Shown one piece after another: positions 24,461-34,928 of a stretch of DNA of 59,171 nt. The translations under genes and the position numbers were made by a program. The notes beneath the pieces were generated by a model. It searched no databases. It had not been told where the DNA came from and was given only the letters and a program-made list of their open reading frames with translations. Source of the DNA: an uncultured delta proteobacterium (lineage in GTDB: Bacteria > Desulfobacterota > Binatia > UBA9968); contig CAVYTU010000003.1 of NCBI GenBank assembly GCA_963771465.1, forward strand, positions 1 through 59,171, given 5' to 3'. Position 1 is the stretch's first letter; each line of letters begins with the position of its first letter.

Positions 24461-26737
24461 TTACGGAATCGACGTGCGCGCTTCGGGCCGATAGGCTTGG
24501 GGCAAGTTGATGATGATTCCATTCATGCCTTCTTGCTTGAACGTCCGGAGCTGGCGCTCGGCATCGTCGCGCAGGGGAAAATTTCCCAGCCGCACGCGCA
24601 GCGCTCCTTCCGCTCCGGCTTCCGTCAGCGAAACTGCATAGCCGCGCTTCTCCATCGACTCGGCCCAACGCTGAGCCTTTTCTTTGTCGCTGAACGCCAG
24701 CTGAATGATAAATCCCTCCAGGGATTTCGCCACGGGTCGCGCTAAAGCTGGCTTGGGCGGCGCGGCTTCAAGAGGCTTGTTGGTCAGCAAAGCCAATTGC
24801 TCGCCCGCCTGCGATTCGATGGGCTTGGACGGTGCAGTGAACATTGGCTTTGACTCAACGACAGGTATCGCTTCAGTTTTAGCAACAGCTGCCGGCACAG
24901 CCGGTTTTGCTGGCGTAACAGGCCGTGCGGCTGGTTCAGTCGCCTTCACAACCGGTACGGCAACGATCTCCGGCTTGGCTGCCGCCATCGTGGGCGGGGC
25001 GGATTTTGTCTCGCTGGGTGCCGGGTCAGTTCTTGCTTCGCTCGTCGACGCAGGCGGTTTTGTCACTGTCGATGGCTGCAGCGGCTCGACCCTTTTCATC
25101 GCCGCTGGCGGCGCCGCAATTTTCTCTTGTCTCGGCGTCGTTAGCGCCGGCGCTGTCTCCTTGGCCACGAGTGGCGGTTGGTTTTGCCACATTCACCGGT
25201 ATCGAGGGTTTTTCTAGTTCGACTGACGGCGACGGTGAGGGGAGTTCCGCAACTGGCGGCGGGACCGTAATGACTTCCGGCGCTTTCCTAGCTACCGGCG
25301 GCGGCGCTGCTGTCGGTTTTAAACTTTCTATCTGGGGTTGCTTAGTCGGGATAAGTTTTTCCGCACTGACAGCAGCGGGCGTCGGGGCGGCAACTTTTGC
25401 CGGGTCCGGCAAAACTGGCACCGGCGCCGTGACAACAAGCGCAGGAATCACGGCTGTCGGTGTCTTCGCAACCGGGGGCTTAGGTGTTGCGCTTTTTACA
25501 GATCCCTGAGGGCTGGTCTCCGGCGTCGCAGTGCTTAGTCCATCATTATTATTCGCGGCTGTTGGCGGCAAGGATGATCGAACCGGTGCGGTCGCGATGT
25601 CTTGAACCGGCGCCGGCACCATCGGTTTCACCGGCGCCTTCGATACCTGTGGCGCGACCGCCGCTACCTCGGGTTGGAGTTCACCGACGGGTTCCACCGG
25701 CGCCTCCACCGATTCGGTCAGTGCTGGAGCGCGATCGGGTTGTTTATTGATGGCGACTTCTACCGCGCGCGCAGCCTCTGCCGCCTTTGCTGCTGGCTCT
25801 TTCGTCGAAGCAGCCACGGGCTTGGCGGCAACTGCCGGTGACTTTTGCGCCGGTGCTGTCGACGATTTAGCTTCCACTTTGAGCTCACGCAGCTCCGGCT
25901 TTAAAGTCGCTGCGACGGTGACTCCGGCTTCTTGCCAGGCTCAATCCGTGGTGCCACCTTGGGCGTTTTTGCTGCCGCCACCGCGGTTTCCTGGGATGCC
26001 GCTAAGGCTGGCACGTCCGCCAGATTATCTTCGCGGATCGCCGGGCGAAAATCCGGCCGCGCTTCTTTGGGCTGGTAGGAAACCAAGTTGAGCGGCCCGT
26101 CCTCTTCAACAGCGAAAATCACCGCGTCGGCGAGCAGATCGTTTTGGTTGATCTCTTGACGGATAAAATTGCGTACACGTTCCTTGGAAAAGTAGACTAT
26201 GGCGCGCTCCAGCATCACGCGATTGCCGGTCGTGTCCGCCACCACGGTGCGCCATGCCAGATTCAATCCGTAGCCGCTTAGCTCCCGATCTTGATACATG
26301 TCGCCGTCACCGTTAAGAATTCCCAAGATCTCTAAACCGTAAAGGGTAAAGAGCCGCTGAATTTTTTCGCTATGCTCGCCTTTGATTTCAAATGTCTCCG
26401 GCGTGGCCAATACAACCTCCAGATATCGCTCATCGGCGGTTTTGGTTGCCGAGTGGGTATAAAAACCGATGCCGCCCACCGACGAGATATTGTTGGCGAA
26501 CTGCAGGGACGCAGTTTTTGAGTTTCGCGTAATTCGCTCGACCAAGCGATCCAAGTTGTCTTTATATTTTACCCCCAGGTATCTAGCTTTCGTCGTGCTG
26601 TAGTAGGTCGCCGGAGTAGCAATCAATCCCGTACTCGCGGGCTTTTTCGCCGCATTATCATCTAACAGCGCACAGGCTCCGAGTAAAAGCCCCATTGCCA
26701 GGATAAATGGTTGTAATATTCGACAGATATTCATCAT
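24461..26737 (-). CDS. Lipoprotein with N-terminal globular domain, long Pro/Ala-rich linker and C-terminal SPOR domain; two apparent frameshifts
   Basis: Lipobox LLLGAC; three consecutive ORFs (26782-25901, 25877-25026, 25192-24461) with continuous composition; SPOR FIIQLAFSDKEKA...RVRLGNF..RDDAE. Confidence 0.75.
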
Positions 26738-26775
26738 ACCTCCAGTAGCCCGAAGGCGACTGAACGAAAGTTTTC

Positions 26776-26803
26776 TTGACACGTTTCGGCGATAACCTAT
26801 AAT
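26776..26803 (+). promoter_or_regulatory. Sigma-70 promoter of the ATPase/activator operon
   Basis: TTGACA-N16-TATAAT, 90 bp upstream of ATG 26894. Confidence 0.75.
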
Positions 26804-26893
26804 GAAACGGCTTTTTGAGGACTATACCGCGACTATAAGTGTTGCTGCTCCTAAAGACAACTATTTTCTAAACCAGAATCGAGAGAAATTGGT

Positions 26894-28357
26894 ATGGCCA
26901 TCGGCGAGCTTTTACGAGCTAAGGGAATCATTTCCACGGAGCAGCTCAACAAGGTGCTCCAACAACAGAAAATCGCCGGCGGCAGGCTCGGCGATAATTT
27001 GGTCGCACTCGGCTTCATCAGCCGCGGCGATCTTGAGGCGATTCTTCAAGAACCTCCGCCGGTCGCCAAAACCATCGAGGCTACCGGGTTGGAGACTAAC
27101 TTCTTACTCAACTCGATGCTCCGCCTCATGTACATCTCGGCCTTGCAGACCATTCCCGAGCTTTCCGAACAGATCAAGCTGACCCGGCCCATCGTCGAGG
27201 ATCTGCTCAATTTTGCCAAGAAGGAATCGCTCGTCGAGATCCGCGGTCCGTCGGAAAAGAATATCAACATCCTACGCTACGCGCTTACCAATGCCGGCAA
27301 AGAACGAGCGAGTGAAGCCTTGCGCGTGTGCGAATACCTCGGTCCGGCGCCGATACCGCTGGAAGAATATCAGACTCAGGTTCAAAAGCAGACAATTACC
27401 AATGAGGTGATCAGCATCGACAAGCTGCAGAAAGCGATGTCGCACTTGGTGCTTTCCGATGAAGTCGTACGCCGCCTCGGCCCAGCGTCAAACTCCGGCC
27501 GGGCGATCTTGATTTACGGCGCTGCTGGCAACGGCAAAACCTCCATCGCCGAGGCGCTGGTGAGCGCTTTCGAACAACCTGTTTACGTCCCCTACGCCAT
27601 CGAAGTCGACGGTCAAATCATTAAAATCTATGACCCATCGGTGCACGTAACGTTTCCCACCAGCGCCAGCAACGGCCACCGCAGCGATGCCAATTCGATG
27701 TTTCTGCCGCACCTCGAGCATGACCCGCGCTGGGTGCGTTGTACGCGGCCCTACCTGATCACCGGCGGTGAATTGACCCTGGACATGCTCGACCTGGACT
27801 TCGATGTGCATTCGAAATATTACGAGGCGCCGTTGCAGATGAAAGCGATTGGCGGCATATTCGTAATCGATGACTTCGGCCGCCAGCGGGTGCGGCCACA
27901 CGAGTTACTGAACCGTTGGATAATCCCTCTCGAACGAAAAATTGATTATCTGACTCTGCACACTGGCAAAAAGTTTTCCGTGCTGTTCGATCAATTGGTA
28001 ATATTCGCAACCAACTTTCCGCCCGAGGAGCTGATGGACCCGGCCCAGTTACGGCGCGTTCATTACAAGATGAAAATCAATCCGCCGACGGTGGATGAGT
28101 TCAAGGAAATCTTCCAGCGCATTTGCGACTCTTATGGGCTGGAATTGACCGAAGATGTGATGGCCTACTTACTCAATTCTTTTTACATCAAATACAAGGT
28201 GCCGTTCGCCGGATTTCATCCGAAATTCATCGCCGAGCACGTCATCGCCGCCTGCAACTATTTCGGCACGCCACCGCAAATCTCGCAGCAACTCCTGGTC
28301 GACTCGCTTGAAGACATGGTCATTCTTTCCAACGGCACGGCGGCGGAGCCTGCCTAG
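26894..28357 (+). CDS. AAA-family ATPase with N-terminal MshEN-like (c-di-GMP-binding) domain
   Basis: N-terminus IGELLRAKGIISTEQLNKVLQQQ...RLGDNLVALGFIS; Walker A GAAGNGKT; GGELTLDMLDL; Walker B VIDDFGRQ. Confidence 0.85.
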   Translation: MAIGELLRAKGIISTEQLNKVLQQQKIAGGRLGDNLVALGFISRGDLEAILQEPPPVAKTIEATGLETNFLLNSMLRLMYISALQTIPELSEQIKLTRPIVEDLLNFAKKESLVEIRGPSEKNINILRYALTNAGKERASEALRVCEYLGPAPIPLEEYQTQVQKQTITNEVISIDKLQKAMSHLVLSDEVVRRLGPASNSGRAILIYGAAGNGKTSIAEALVSAFEQPVYVPYAIEVDGQIIKIYDPSVHVTFPTSASNGHRSDANSMFLPHLEHDPRWVRCTRPYLITGGELTLDMLDLDFDVHSKYYEAPLQMKAIGGIFVIDDFGRQRVRPHELLNRWIIPLERKIDYLTLHTGKKFSVLFDQLVIFATNFPPEELMDPAQLRRVHYKMKINPPTVDEFKEIFQRICDSYGLELTEDVMAYLLNSFYIKYKVPFAGFHPKFIAEHVIAACNYFGTPPQISQQLLVDSLEDMVILSNGTAAEPA

Positions 28358-29638
28358 ATGGCCAAGCCGCTCGCGTTGATTATTCACGCCGCCGATACGT
28401 CCCTGACGGGGATCTCGAAGCTGGTCGAAGCGCGCGACTGTTCGGTGCACGTGAGTCGATCCATCGAAGAAGCAGAGCGCGTCCTAGCGGCATTCCCGAC
28501 CGAACAACAAAAGTTCATTTTTGCCGATCTGTCGTTATGCCAGGGCGCGAGTTGGCAGGGACTGACGGAGCGGCTACGAAGAAATGCGGACCACCTAGCG
28601 TTGGTGTGTTACGATCCTAATCACATCCAAACGCTTTACGGATTGTTCGGACAGCTCGGCCAACCGCCGGCAGACTCGAATGGCGCATTTGGGCTTAAGA
28701 CGCCGCAGATGATCGGCGACACGCCGGTTTTTCACGAGATTCTCAATTTGGCGAACCGCTATGCAATGCACGATATTACGGTTCTGATCACCGGTGAAAC
28801 CGGCACCGGCAAAGAGGTCATGGCGCAATATATTCATTCCCATGGACCGCGCGCCAATAAACCGTTCGTGGGCTGCAACATGACCGCCATCCCAGAGACG
28901 TTGGTTGAAAGCGAGCTGTTTGGCTATGTCAAAGGCGCGTTCACCGGCGCGGATCGCAATAAGAAAGGCTTTGTCGAAGCGGCCGAGGGCGGCACACTTT
29001 TCCTCGATGAAATTGGCGAACTGGCGCCGTCGATCCAACTCAAACTGCTGCGATTTCTTGAAACTCGCCAATACTACCGAGTGGGCGAACCGATACCCAA
29101 GACCTGCGACGTGAGGATCATAGCCGCAACCAATAAGGAACTCGAAGAAGCGATTCAAGGAACCGGTTTTCGTAAAGATCTGTACTTCCGACTGAACAGC
29201 GCGCGGATCATTCTGCCGTCATTGCGTGAGCGCCGAGAAGACATGATTCTGTTGATCGCGAATTTTGTCTATCAAGCTTGCAGCCAATTTCAAAAACCGC
29301 TGAAAAAACTCAGCAGCTCGGCAAAGGCGCTGTTCCTCGATTATCCCTGGCCCGGCAACATCCGCGAGCTCAAAAGCGTGATCGAAAGCGCGGTCATGGT
29401 ATGCGACGGTGAGTACATGACGATCACCGACCTGCCAATGAATCTGCAACACTACGCCACCGGCCATCGCGAAGAGATCGGCAGCCGAGCGATTAAGAAT
29501 ATCGAAGAAGGTGAACGCAGCGTCATCGAAGATGCGCTGCGACAAACCAGCGGCAACAAAGCTCGAGCGGCAGAAGCGCTGGGGATATCGACGCGCACAC
29601 TTTATCGCAAATTGGATAAGTTCGGCTTAGGCGGATAA
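28358..29638 (+). CDS. Sigma-54-dependent enhancer-binding protein (atypical receiver-like N-terminus, Fis HTH)
   Basis: [51 protein letters not shown]. Confidence 0.93.
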   Translation: MAKPLALIIHAADTSLTGISKLVEARDCSVHVSRSIEEAERVLAAFPTEQQKFIFADLSLCQGASWQGLTERLRRNADHLALVCYDPNHIQTLYGLFGQLGQPPADSNGAFGLKTPQMIGDTPVFHEILNLANRYAMHDITVLITGETGTGKEVMAQYIHSHGPRANKPFVGCNMTAIPETLVESELFGYVKGAFTGADRNKKGFVEAAEGGTLFLDEIGELAPSIQLKLLRFLETRQYYRVGEPIPKTCDVRIIAATNKELEEAIQGTGFRKDLYFRLNSARIILPSLRERREDMILLIANFVYQACSQFQKPLKKLSSSAKALFLDYPWPGNIRELKSVIESAVMVCDGEYMTITDLPMNLQHYATGHREEIGSRAIKNIEEGERSVIEDALRQTSGNKARAAEALGISTRTLYRKLDKFGLGG

Positions 29639-29861
29639 ATACCTCGCCGGCAGTGCCAAAGCGAGGGATCCCCGCTCGGTTTCATAACCCACCCTGCGCT
29701 TCAACCCATAGCTTATTTCTCTAAGAAAACCACAAACATAGCGAAAAATTTGCGGTACAAATTTGTTCGCCAATAACACAGTTGGTGGAATTATCGAGTA
29801 CTTGCGGGACGATATTCGCCGAGTATCTCTGAAATTACTGGCATTTTCTGCTGACTATTGG

Positions 29862-29877
29862 TGGCAACCATTTTGCT
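29862..29877 (+). promoter_or_regulatory. Sigma-54 (-24/-12) promoter
   Basis: TGGCAA-CCATT-TTGCT with exact GG-N10-GC spacing, 60 bp upstream of ATG 29938. Confidence 0.65.
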
Positions 29878-29937
29878 TAGATAACTGCAAGCGCTCCAGA
29901 CCCTACTCGATTACTCTGACTAGGGACAACGTGCATC

Positions 29938-31473
29938 ATGCTACCGGCAGAAAAACAAGAAAATCGGCAGTCCGCGGTCGCGGCGAACTCAGACGTTTCA
30001 GCCGCAAGCGGATTTGGCAAGGTGTTAGGATCGATCCAGGGCCTGCAACAGCGGCTCAACGATTTTACCCTTGACGATATCATCGGAGCGGAAAAAAACC
30101 TCAGGTCGCTAATGCAACAGGTTATTTTCATGCGCGACCGTCTCGACACCATCGCGGAGCTGAAGCCTGTGCTGACGAACGCGAATCAGTTGATTCTCGC
30201 AATCCCAGAGGAAAATTTTGACCTGGTTGGTCCCGACAGTTTAGATAAGCATCCGAAGCTCCATGCCATCGTCAAAGCACATAAATTCATTCGGTTTCAG
30301 AAACTAATGAAAGCCGCCCGAGCCAGCGCGGACGCCGTGTCTTTCGACGCTGATGCGGGCATGCTCCACCTCGACCACACCGCGCCGCATAACCTGGCGG
30401 CGCCGTTACGCGACGAGACAACTCAGGCTCAGGAATTTTTCGCTGGCGAGCTATCTCCCGGCATCACGGAAACTCTCACTCCGATTGGCGCAACGGATCG
30501 CGGTCAAGCGATTGTTATCGAAGCTCCTGCCGACTGGGCTTTTGAAACGGCCAATAGCGAGACGAAAAATTCGCCGACAGCTAGCGCTGAAACCGCCCTC
30601 GACTTCAAGCTAGTGAGCGCAGACGAAAGCTCGCCGGTGGACGCCGACGTTAAACTCTTCGGCGGCCAAGACGTGGCCGATGCCAACTCGAACGAGTTAC
30701 CTTCTCCTGAGTTACCAACCGACGCCGTGGTCGAAGCTCCGACCAGCGTTGCAACTCCAGCCGCGGCGTTGATCGAAGCGCCGGAAAAATCATTGGTGAC
30801 GCAAGCTCAGCCCATCGCGCCTTCAACGAAGATTGACGCGGGTGACTCAGAGAAACGCAGGCACCTGTCGCGCAAGGAGAAGAAGCAGGCGAGACAAAAG
30901 AAACAAGTCGAAACGGACAGCGTGCTCGATGAATCGAAGGCCATGGTTCCGGCCGACGGCAAAGTCAACCGACAGCTCCTCGACGACTTGATCGAGAACT
31001 ATGGCGACTTCGCCAAGACGCCGAATTTGCCTGCCCCGGTTGAAGCGCCGAAGCTAGCCAATATTAAGTCTGTCGAGCCGACGGTAATGCCTGCGCCCGA
31101 ATTCGAAAAGCCGGACGAGTCTCGCAGTGTTCACAACGTGCAGAAAGCCGGCGAACTCGATCGCCAACTCAAGAAAATTATCAAAGACTACGGCGAGTAC
31201 GATCTCTATTCTAAGCCAAGGCCAATAAACCTAAAGATCGGTGGCATAGTCGTATTCGTGGTATTGGGTTTAGTGCTCGGCGGCCTTTATCTCTTCAAAG
31301 GCCCCGCCACGGTGAGCTCGCCGCCGAGCCACAGTGTGACGCAACCGTCCCAGGCAGCGCCGGCCGATGCGCTCAAACCCACACTCGATGCCAAGCGCAG
31401 TGGCGCCGGCAACCGCGGCAATCGCGATGGACCAGCAGCGGCGGCAAAAACAGTCACGAAACAAAATAATTAG
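29938..31473 (+). CDS. Hypothetical membrane-anchored protein (coiled-coil N-terminus, acidic disordered middle, one TM near the C-terminus)
   Basis: 511-aa ORF; TM IGGIVVFVVLGLVLGGLYLF; repeated motifs LDDLIENYGDF and LKKIIKDYGEY. Confidence 0.75.
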   Translation: MLPAEKQENRQSAVAANSDVSAASGFGKVLGSIQGLQQRLNDFTLDDIIGAEKNLRSLMQQVIFMRDRLDTIAELKPVLTNANQLILAIPEENFDLVGPDSLDKHPKLHAIVKAHKFIRFQKLMKAARASADAVSFDADAGMLHLDHTAPHNLAAPLRDETTQAQEFFAGELSPGITETLTPIGATDRGQAIVIEAPADWAFETANSETKNSPTASAETALDFKLVSADESSPVDADVKLFGGQDVADANSNELPSPELPTDAVVEAPTSVATPAAALIEAPEKSLVTQAQPIAPSTKIDAGDSEKRRHLSRKEKKQARQKKQVETDSVLDESKAMVPADGKVNRQLLDDLIENYGDFAKTPNLPAPVEAPKLANIKSVEPTVMPAPEFEKPDESRSVHNVQKAGELDRQLKKIIKDYGEYDLYSKPRPINLKIGGIVVFVVLGLVLGGLYLFKGPATVSSPPSHSVTQPSQAAPADALKPTLDAKRSGAGNRGNRDGPAAAAKTVTKQNN

Positions 31474-31492
31474 CGAAGGGTTGGACATAGAC

Positions 31493-31813
31493 ATGAAGAA
31501 CGATTTGCAAAATCTCACCGAAGACATCTCACGGCTCTACGAGGACATCACTCAGAAAGCCGAGGCGCTGGGCCAAATTGACAGTATCACTCGGCTCTAT
31601 GACGAGTTGCAGTCACAGTTGACTAGCATTTCCACAGAGGAAGTGGATCTGCTCCAGAGCCAAATCAAATCCACTCTTGAACAGATGGTCGGCATCAGCA
31701 AGAGCCTAGCCGTTATCAAGACATTGAAAGTGACGTTGAACGGCCACGACGAATTCGCCGACATCACGAAACGAGCCCAGGGCGGAAAAGCTCGCGGTTT
31801 GGAAGAACGTTAG
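31493..31813 (+). CDS. Small coiled-coil hypothetical protein
   Basis: ATG 31493; heptad pattern with internal repeat ISRLYEDI / ITRLYDEL. Confidence 0.75.
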   Translation: MKNDLQNLTEDISRLYEDITQKAEALGQIDSITRLYDELQSQLTSISTEEVDLLQSQIKSTLEQMVGISKSLAVIKTLKVTLNGHDEFADITKRAQGGKARGLEER

Positions 31814-31841
31814 TCCACCGCGCTGACCACGGACCGACACG

Positions 31842-32636
31842 ATGCAAGGTAATCTCTCCCAAATCAGCCTGACTGACCTGCTGTTGCTCACGACCACCGG
31901 AAAGAAGTCCGGCGTCTTGAAGCTTGCTCAGGACAAAGAAACGGTCGAAATATTTTTGGCTGACGGGAATATCGTTCACGCCGTCTGTCCCATCGGCGAA
32001 GGCGAAAAGGCGCTCCTTTATCCCGTTACCTGGGGCGAAGGAACGTTTAATCTTTTGGCCGATGTTACGGCGGCAAAAACCACGATCCAAAAATCCGCCG
32101 CGGAAATCCTCGACGAAGTGCGAGCGATGACCCATGAGTGGGAGATCATCTTAGAGCTGATTCCCACGGGAAAAGCAATTTTTCGGATCGCCGATCTGGG
32201 CGAAGAGCAAACCGGTCCGATCACAGTGCCCAACGTCGGTTGGCGCATCCTCAGCAAGCTCGACGGCGTGCGTTCAGTGCAAGAGGTTGCCGAAGTGTTG
32301 CGTATTCCTTTTGCGTATGTCGCCAAGGTATTCTACAACCTGAATAAGTCCGGCCTGATTGAAATCGCGGCGCCGGTTAAAAAACCGGTCGTCGACATTG
32401 TGCCGCCGGCGTTGCTAACTCGCGTTACCGGAATCTTGACCGAAGTGATGGGGCCCATGGCGCCGCTGGTATTGCGCGATCAAATCGAAGCCCTGGGCGA
32501 ATCGCGGGATAGTTTTCCTGAATCAAAGCTGGATGACCTCATCACACTGATTAGCCGCGAGATCGCTGACGGCAAACTCAAAAACCATTTCGAGGAGTCG
32601 ATGTTTCAAGAGATCTCCAACTTCAAACAGTTCTAG
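31842..32636 (+). CDS. DUF4388 (PATAN-like) domain protein with winged-helix region
   Basis: MQGNLSQISLTDLL....KKSGVLKL....EIFLADGNIVHA...W.EGTF; WRILSKLDG.RSV.EVA. Confidence 0.85.
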   Translation: MQGNLSQISLTDLLLLTTTGKKSGVLKLAQDKETVEIFLADGNIVHAVCPIGEGEKALLYPVTWGEGTFNLLADVTAAKTTIQKSAAEILDEVRAMTHEWEIILELIPTGKAIFRIADLGEEQTGPITVPNVGWRILSKLDGVRSVQEVAEVLRIPFAYVAKVFYNLNKSGLIEIAAPVKKPVVDIVPPALLTRVTGILTEVMGPMAPLVLRDQIEALGESRDSFPESKLDDLITLISREIADGKLKNHFEESMFQEISNFKQF

Positions 32637-32668
32637 CTGCGGGATACTAATCCTCAGGAGGAATTTTA

Positions 32669-33442
32669 ATGGCGCAAAATACAGCTACCGCCGAAAGCTC
32701 CAAATTCGTGAAGCCGGAAGCCGCCCATTGGCAGCGCGGCGGATTGAAGTGGAAGATCAGCTCGACCTTTAGCGGCTTGATCTTGGTATTGGGACTTTTG
32801 GTGATCGGGATTGTCTATTACTTCACTAACAACGCCCTGGAGAAACAAGTCGAGCTACGCGCCACCGCCATCGCCACCAACCTCGCCGACGCCGCCGCTG
32901 GCTTTGTGTCGCGCAAGGGCACCCTGGAACTCGACGCGCTGGTCGCCAAGTATGGCCGGCTCGACGGCGTCGCCTATGCTTTCGTTCAAGATCCCAAGGG
33001 AGAAATTCTTGCCAGCAGCGTGCAGCCTTTTCCGGTGGAACTCAAAGACGCCGGCGGCTCCAGCAGCGCAACGCGTCTGACTCGATTGCGCGGCAAGGAA
33101 ATCTATGAGACCCGGACAGCGGTACTCGACGGTCAGCTCGGCACGGCGCGGGTCGGCCTTTGGGCACAAACGGTGAACGACGATATGCGTGCGACGCTGC
33201 TGCCGATTGTCGGGCTCATTGTCGGGTGTTTGGCGCTCAGCATTGTCTTGTCCGTCATGCTCGCGAGCAAAACGATCCGGCCGATCCTGGAGTTAAAGGC
33301 GATCGCCGACGATATTAGCCGCGGCCGGCTCGATACCTCCGTATCGATTCAGAGCAACGATGAGGTCGGCGAGTTGGGCCGCTCGCTTGAACGCATGCGC
33401 GCCAGTCTGCGCGCGGCGATGATTCGCTTGAACCGAGATTAG
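32669..33442 (+). CDS. Two-TM sensor-like protein ending in a HAMP domain, with no output domain
   Basis: TM1, extracytoplasmic domain, TM2, then RPILELKAIADDISRG...DEVGELGRSLERMR and a stop soon after; AGGAGG RBS. Confidence 0.85.
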   Translation: MAQNTATAESSKFVKPEAAHWQRGGLKWKISSTFSGLILVLGLLVIGIVYYFTNNALEKQVELRATAIATNLADAAAGFVSRKGTLELDALVAKYGRLDGVAYAFVQDPKGEILASSVQPFPVELKDAGGSSSATRLTRLRGKEIYETRTAVLDGQLGTARVGLWAQTVNDDMRATLLPIVGLIVGCLALSIVLSVMLASKTIRPILELKAIADDISRGRLDTSVSIQSNDEVGELGRSLERMRASLRAAMIRLNRD

Positions 33443-33452
33443 TAGGAGTGCA

Positions 33453-34832
33453 ATGATGCTTTTAACGAAGGGAAAATCAATGAAAAACCAATTATACAGA
33501 ACTCTAGCTGCGGCCCTAGCGACGGCCATTACTCTGTCCGGCGCGGTTTCACTGGCCGCCGACCGACCGCTGCAAAAGATCAACGTGGCTTACAGCTCGA
33601 TCTCGGGCAACGTGTCGCCGTTATGGGTGACCCAAGACAGAGGTTTTTTTCGCAAATATGGTCTCGAGGTGCAAGCGATCTTGATCGAGTCCGGCACCAC
33701 CACGGCGCAAGCTTTGGTGGCGGGCGATATTAGTTTCGCGTCAGTTGCCGGTCCAGCCGCGATCCAAAGCAATCTGCGCGGCGCCGACGTCGTGATCATC
33801 GCCGGCGTCATCAACACCCTGACGTTTCAGCTCTACACCGAACGGGGCATTACCCGGCCGGATCAATTCAAAGGTAAATCCTTAGGCGTAACCCGGTATG
33901 GCTCGGCGACCGACTTTGCGATGCGCTACGCCATTGAAAAATACGGCCTGGACTCCAACAAGGACGTCGCTATTCTACAGCTAGGCAATCAACCGGCGCA
34001 GCTCGCGGCGCTCGAAGCCGGCCGCGTCCAAGGCGTGATGCTCTCAGCGCCCACATCGTTGCGCGCCAAGAAGCTCGGCTTCCCCATGTTGGCCGACTTG
34101 CAAATGCTTGGTTTGGAGTACCAACACACCAGCATCGCGACGACCAAAGCCTTGCTCAAATCGAAGCCCGAACTGGCCCGCGATTTCATGCGCGCCTACA
34201 TCGAAGGCATCCAATACGCCAAGACCCATCGCAAAGAAACGATGGATATCTTGGCTAAGTACTTGCGCACGGACGACAAGGATATTCTGGACGACACCTA
34301 TGAATCGATCATTATGACGCTGGTGCCGGAAAAGCCCTATCCGACCATGAAAGGCATACAGATCATCCTGCGCGAGTTCGGCGCCAAAGATCCCGTAGCG
34401 CGATCAGCGCGGCCGGAACAGTTTGTCGATCTGAGCGTGGTCAAGGAATTGGACAGCTCCGGTTTCATCGATCGCGTGTATAAACCCGGCGCGGTCGCGA
34501 AAGTGGCGCCAGCCGTGCCGGCAACACCGAGCAGGGATAAGCCGCCGGTGCAAATCGTTGAAGCCAAGTCCAAGCCGGCCGCCACCGAAGAAAAAGCCAA
34601 ACCGGTCGCCAAGCAGATACCGCCGGCCAGCGAAAAAGCGCCCGTTGCCGCTGCCAAAGCCAGCGGGCAGCAATACGCCGTCAAACCTGGCGACACGCTG
34701 AGCAAAATAGCCGAACAATTTTATAGCGCCACCGGCAAGTGGGAAAAGATTTACGAGGCCAACCGCGAGGTGCTGAAAAATCCCAACTACATCTACGTCG
34801 GCATGAAACTGGTCATTCCCGCTGACGGATAA
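33453..34832 (+). CDS. NMT1/THI5/TauA-like substrate-binding protein fused to a C-terminal LysM domain
   Basis: Signal peptide; GFFRKYGLEV, FKGKSLGV..YGSATD; Pro/Ala/Lys linker; YAVKPGDTLSKIA..FY...W.KIYEAN...NPNYIYVGMKLVIP. Confidence 0.9.
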   Translation: MMLLTKGKSMKNQLYRTLAAALATAITLSGAVSLAADRPLQKINVAYSSISGNVSPLWVTQDRGFFRKYGLEVQAILIESGTTTAQALVAGDISFASVAGPAAIQSNLRGADVVIIAGVINTLTFQLYTERGITRPDQFKGKSLGVTRYGSATDFAMRYAIEKYGLDSNKDVAILQLGNQPAQLAALEAGRVQGVMLSAPTSLRAKKLGFPMLADLQMLGLEYQHTSIATTKALLKSKPELARDFMRAYIEGIQYAKTHRKETMDILAKYLRTDDKDILDDTYESIIMTLVPEKPYPTMKGIQIILREFGAKDPVARSARPEQFVDLSVVKELDSSGFIDRVYKPGAVAKVAPAVPATPSRDKPPVQIVEAKSKPAATEEKAKPVAKQIPPASEKAPVAAAKASGQQYAVKPGDTLSKIAEQFYSATGKWEKIYEANREVLKNPNYIYVGMKLVIPADG

Positions 34833-34858
34833 GACAAGCCCTCGTTAGCATCACCGAT

Positions 34859-34899
34859 AAAAAAGCGCCGGGCGGGTAAAGCCCTCCGGCGCTTTTTTT
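34859..34899. terminator. Bidirectional rho-independent terminator
   Basis: AAAAAAGCGCCGG...CCGGCGCTTTTTTT between convergent operons. Confidence 0.85.
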
Positions 34900-34928
34900 G
34901 CGTTTTGCAGCTCGATAGTGAATAAATT

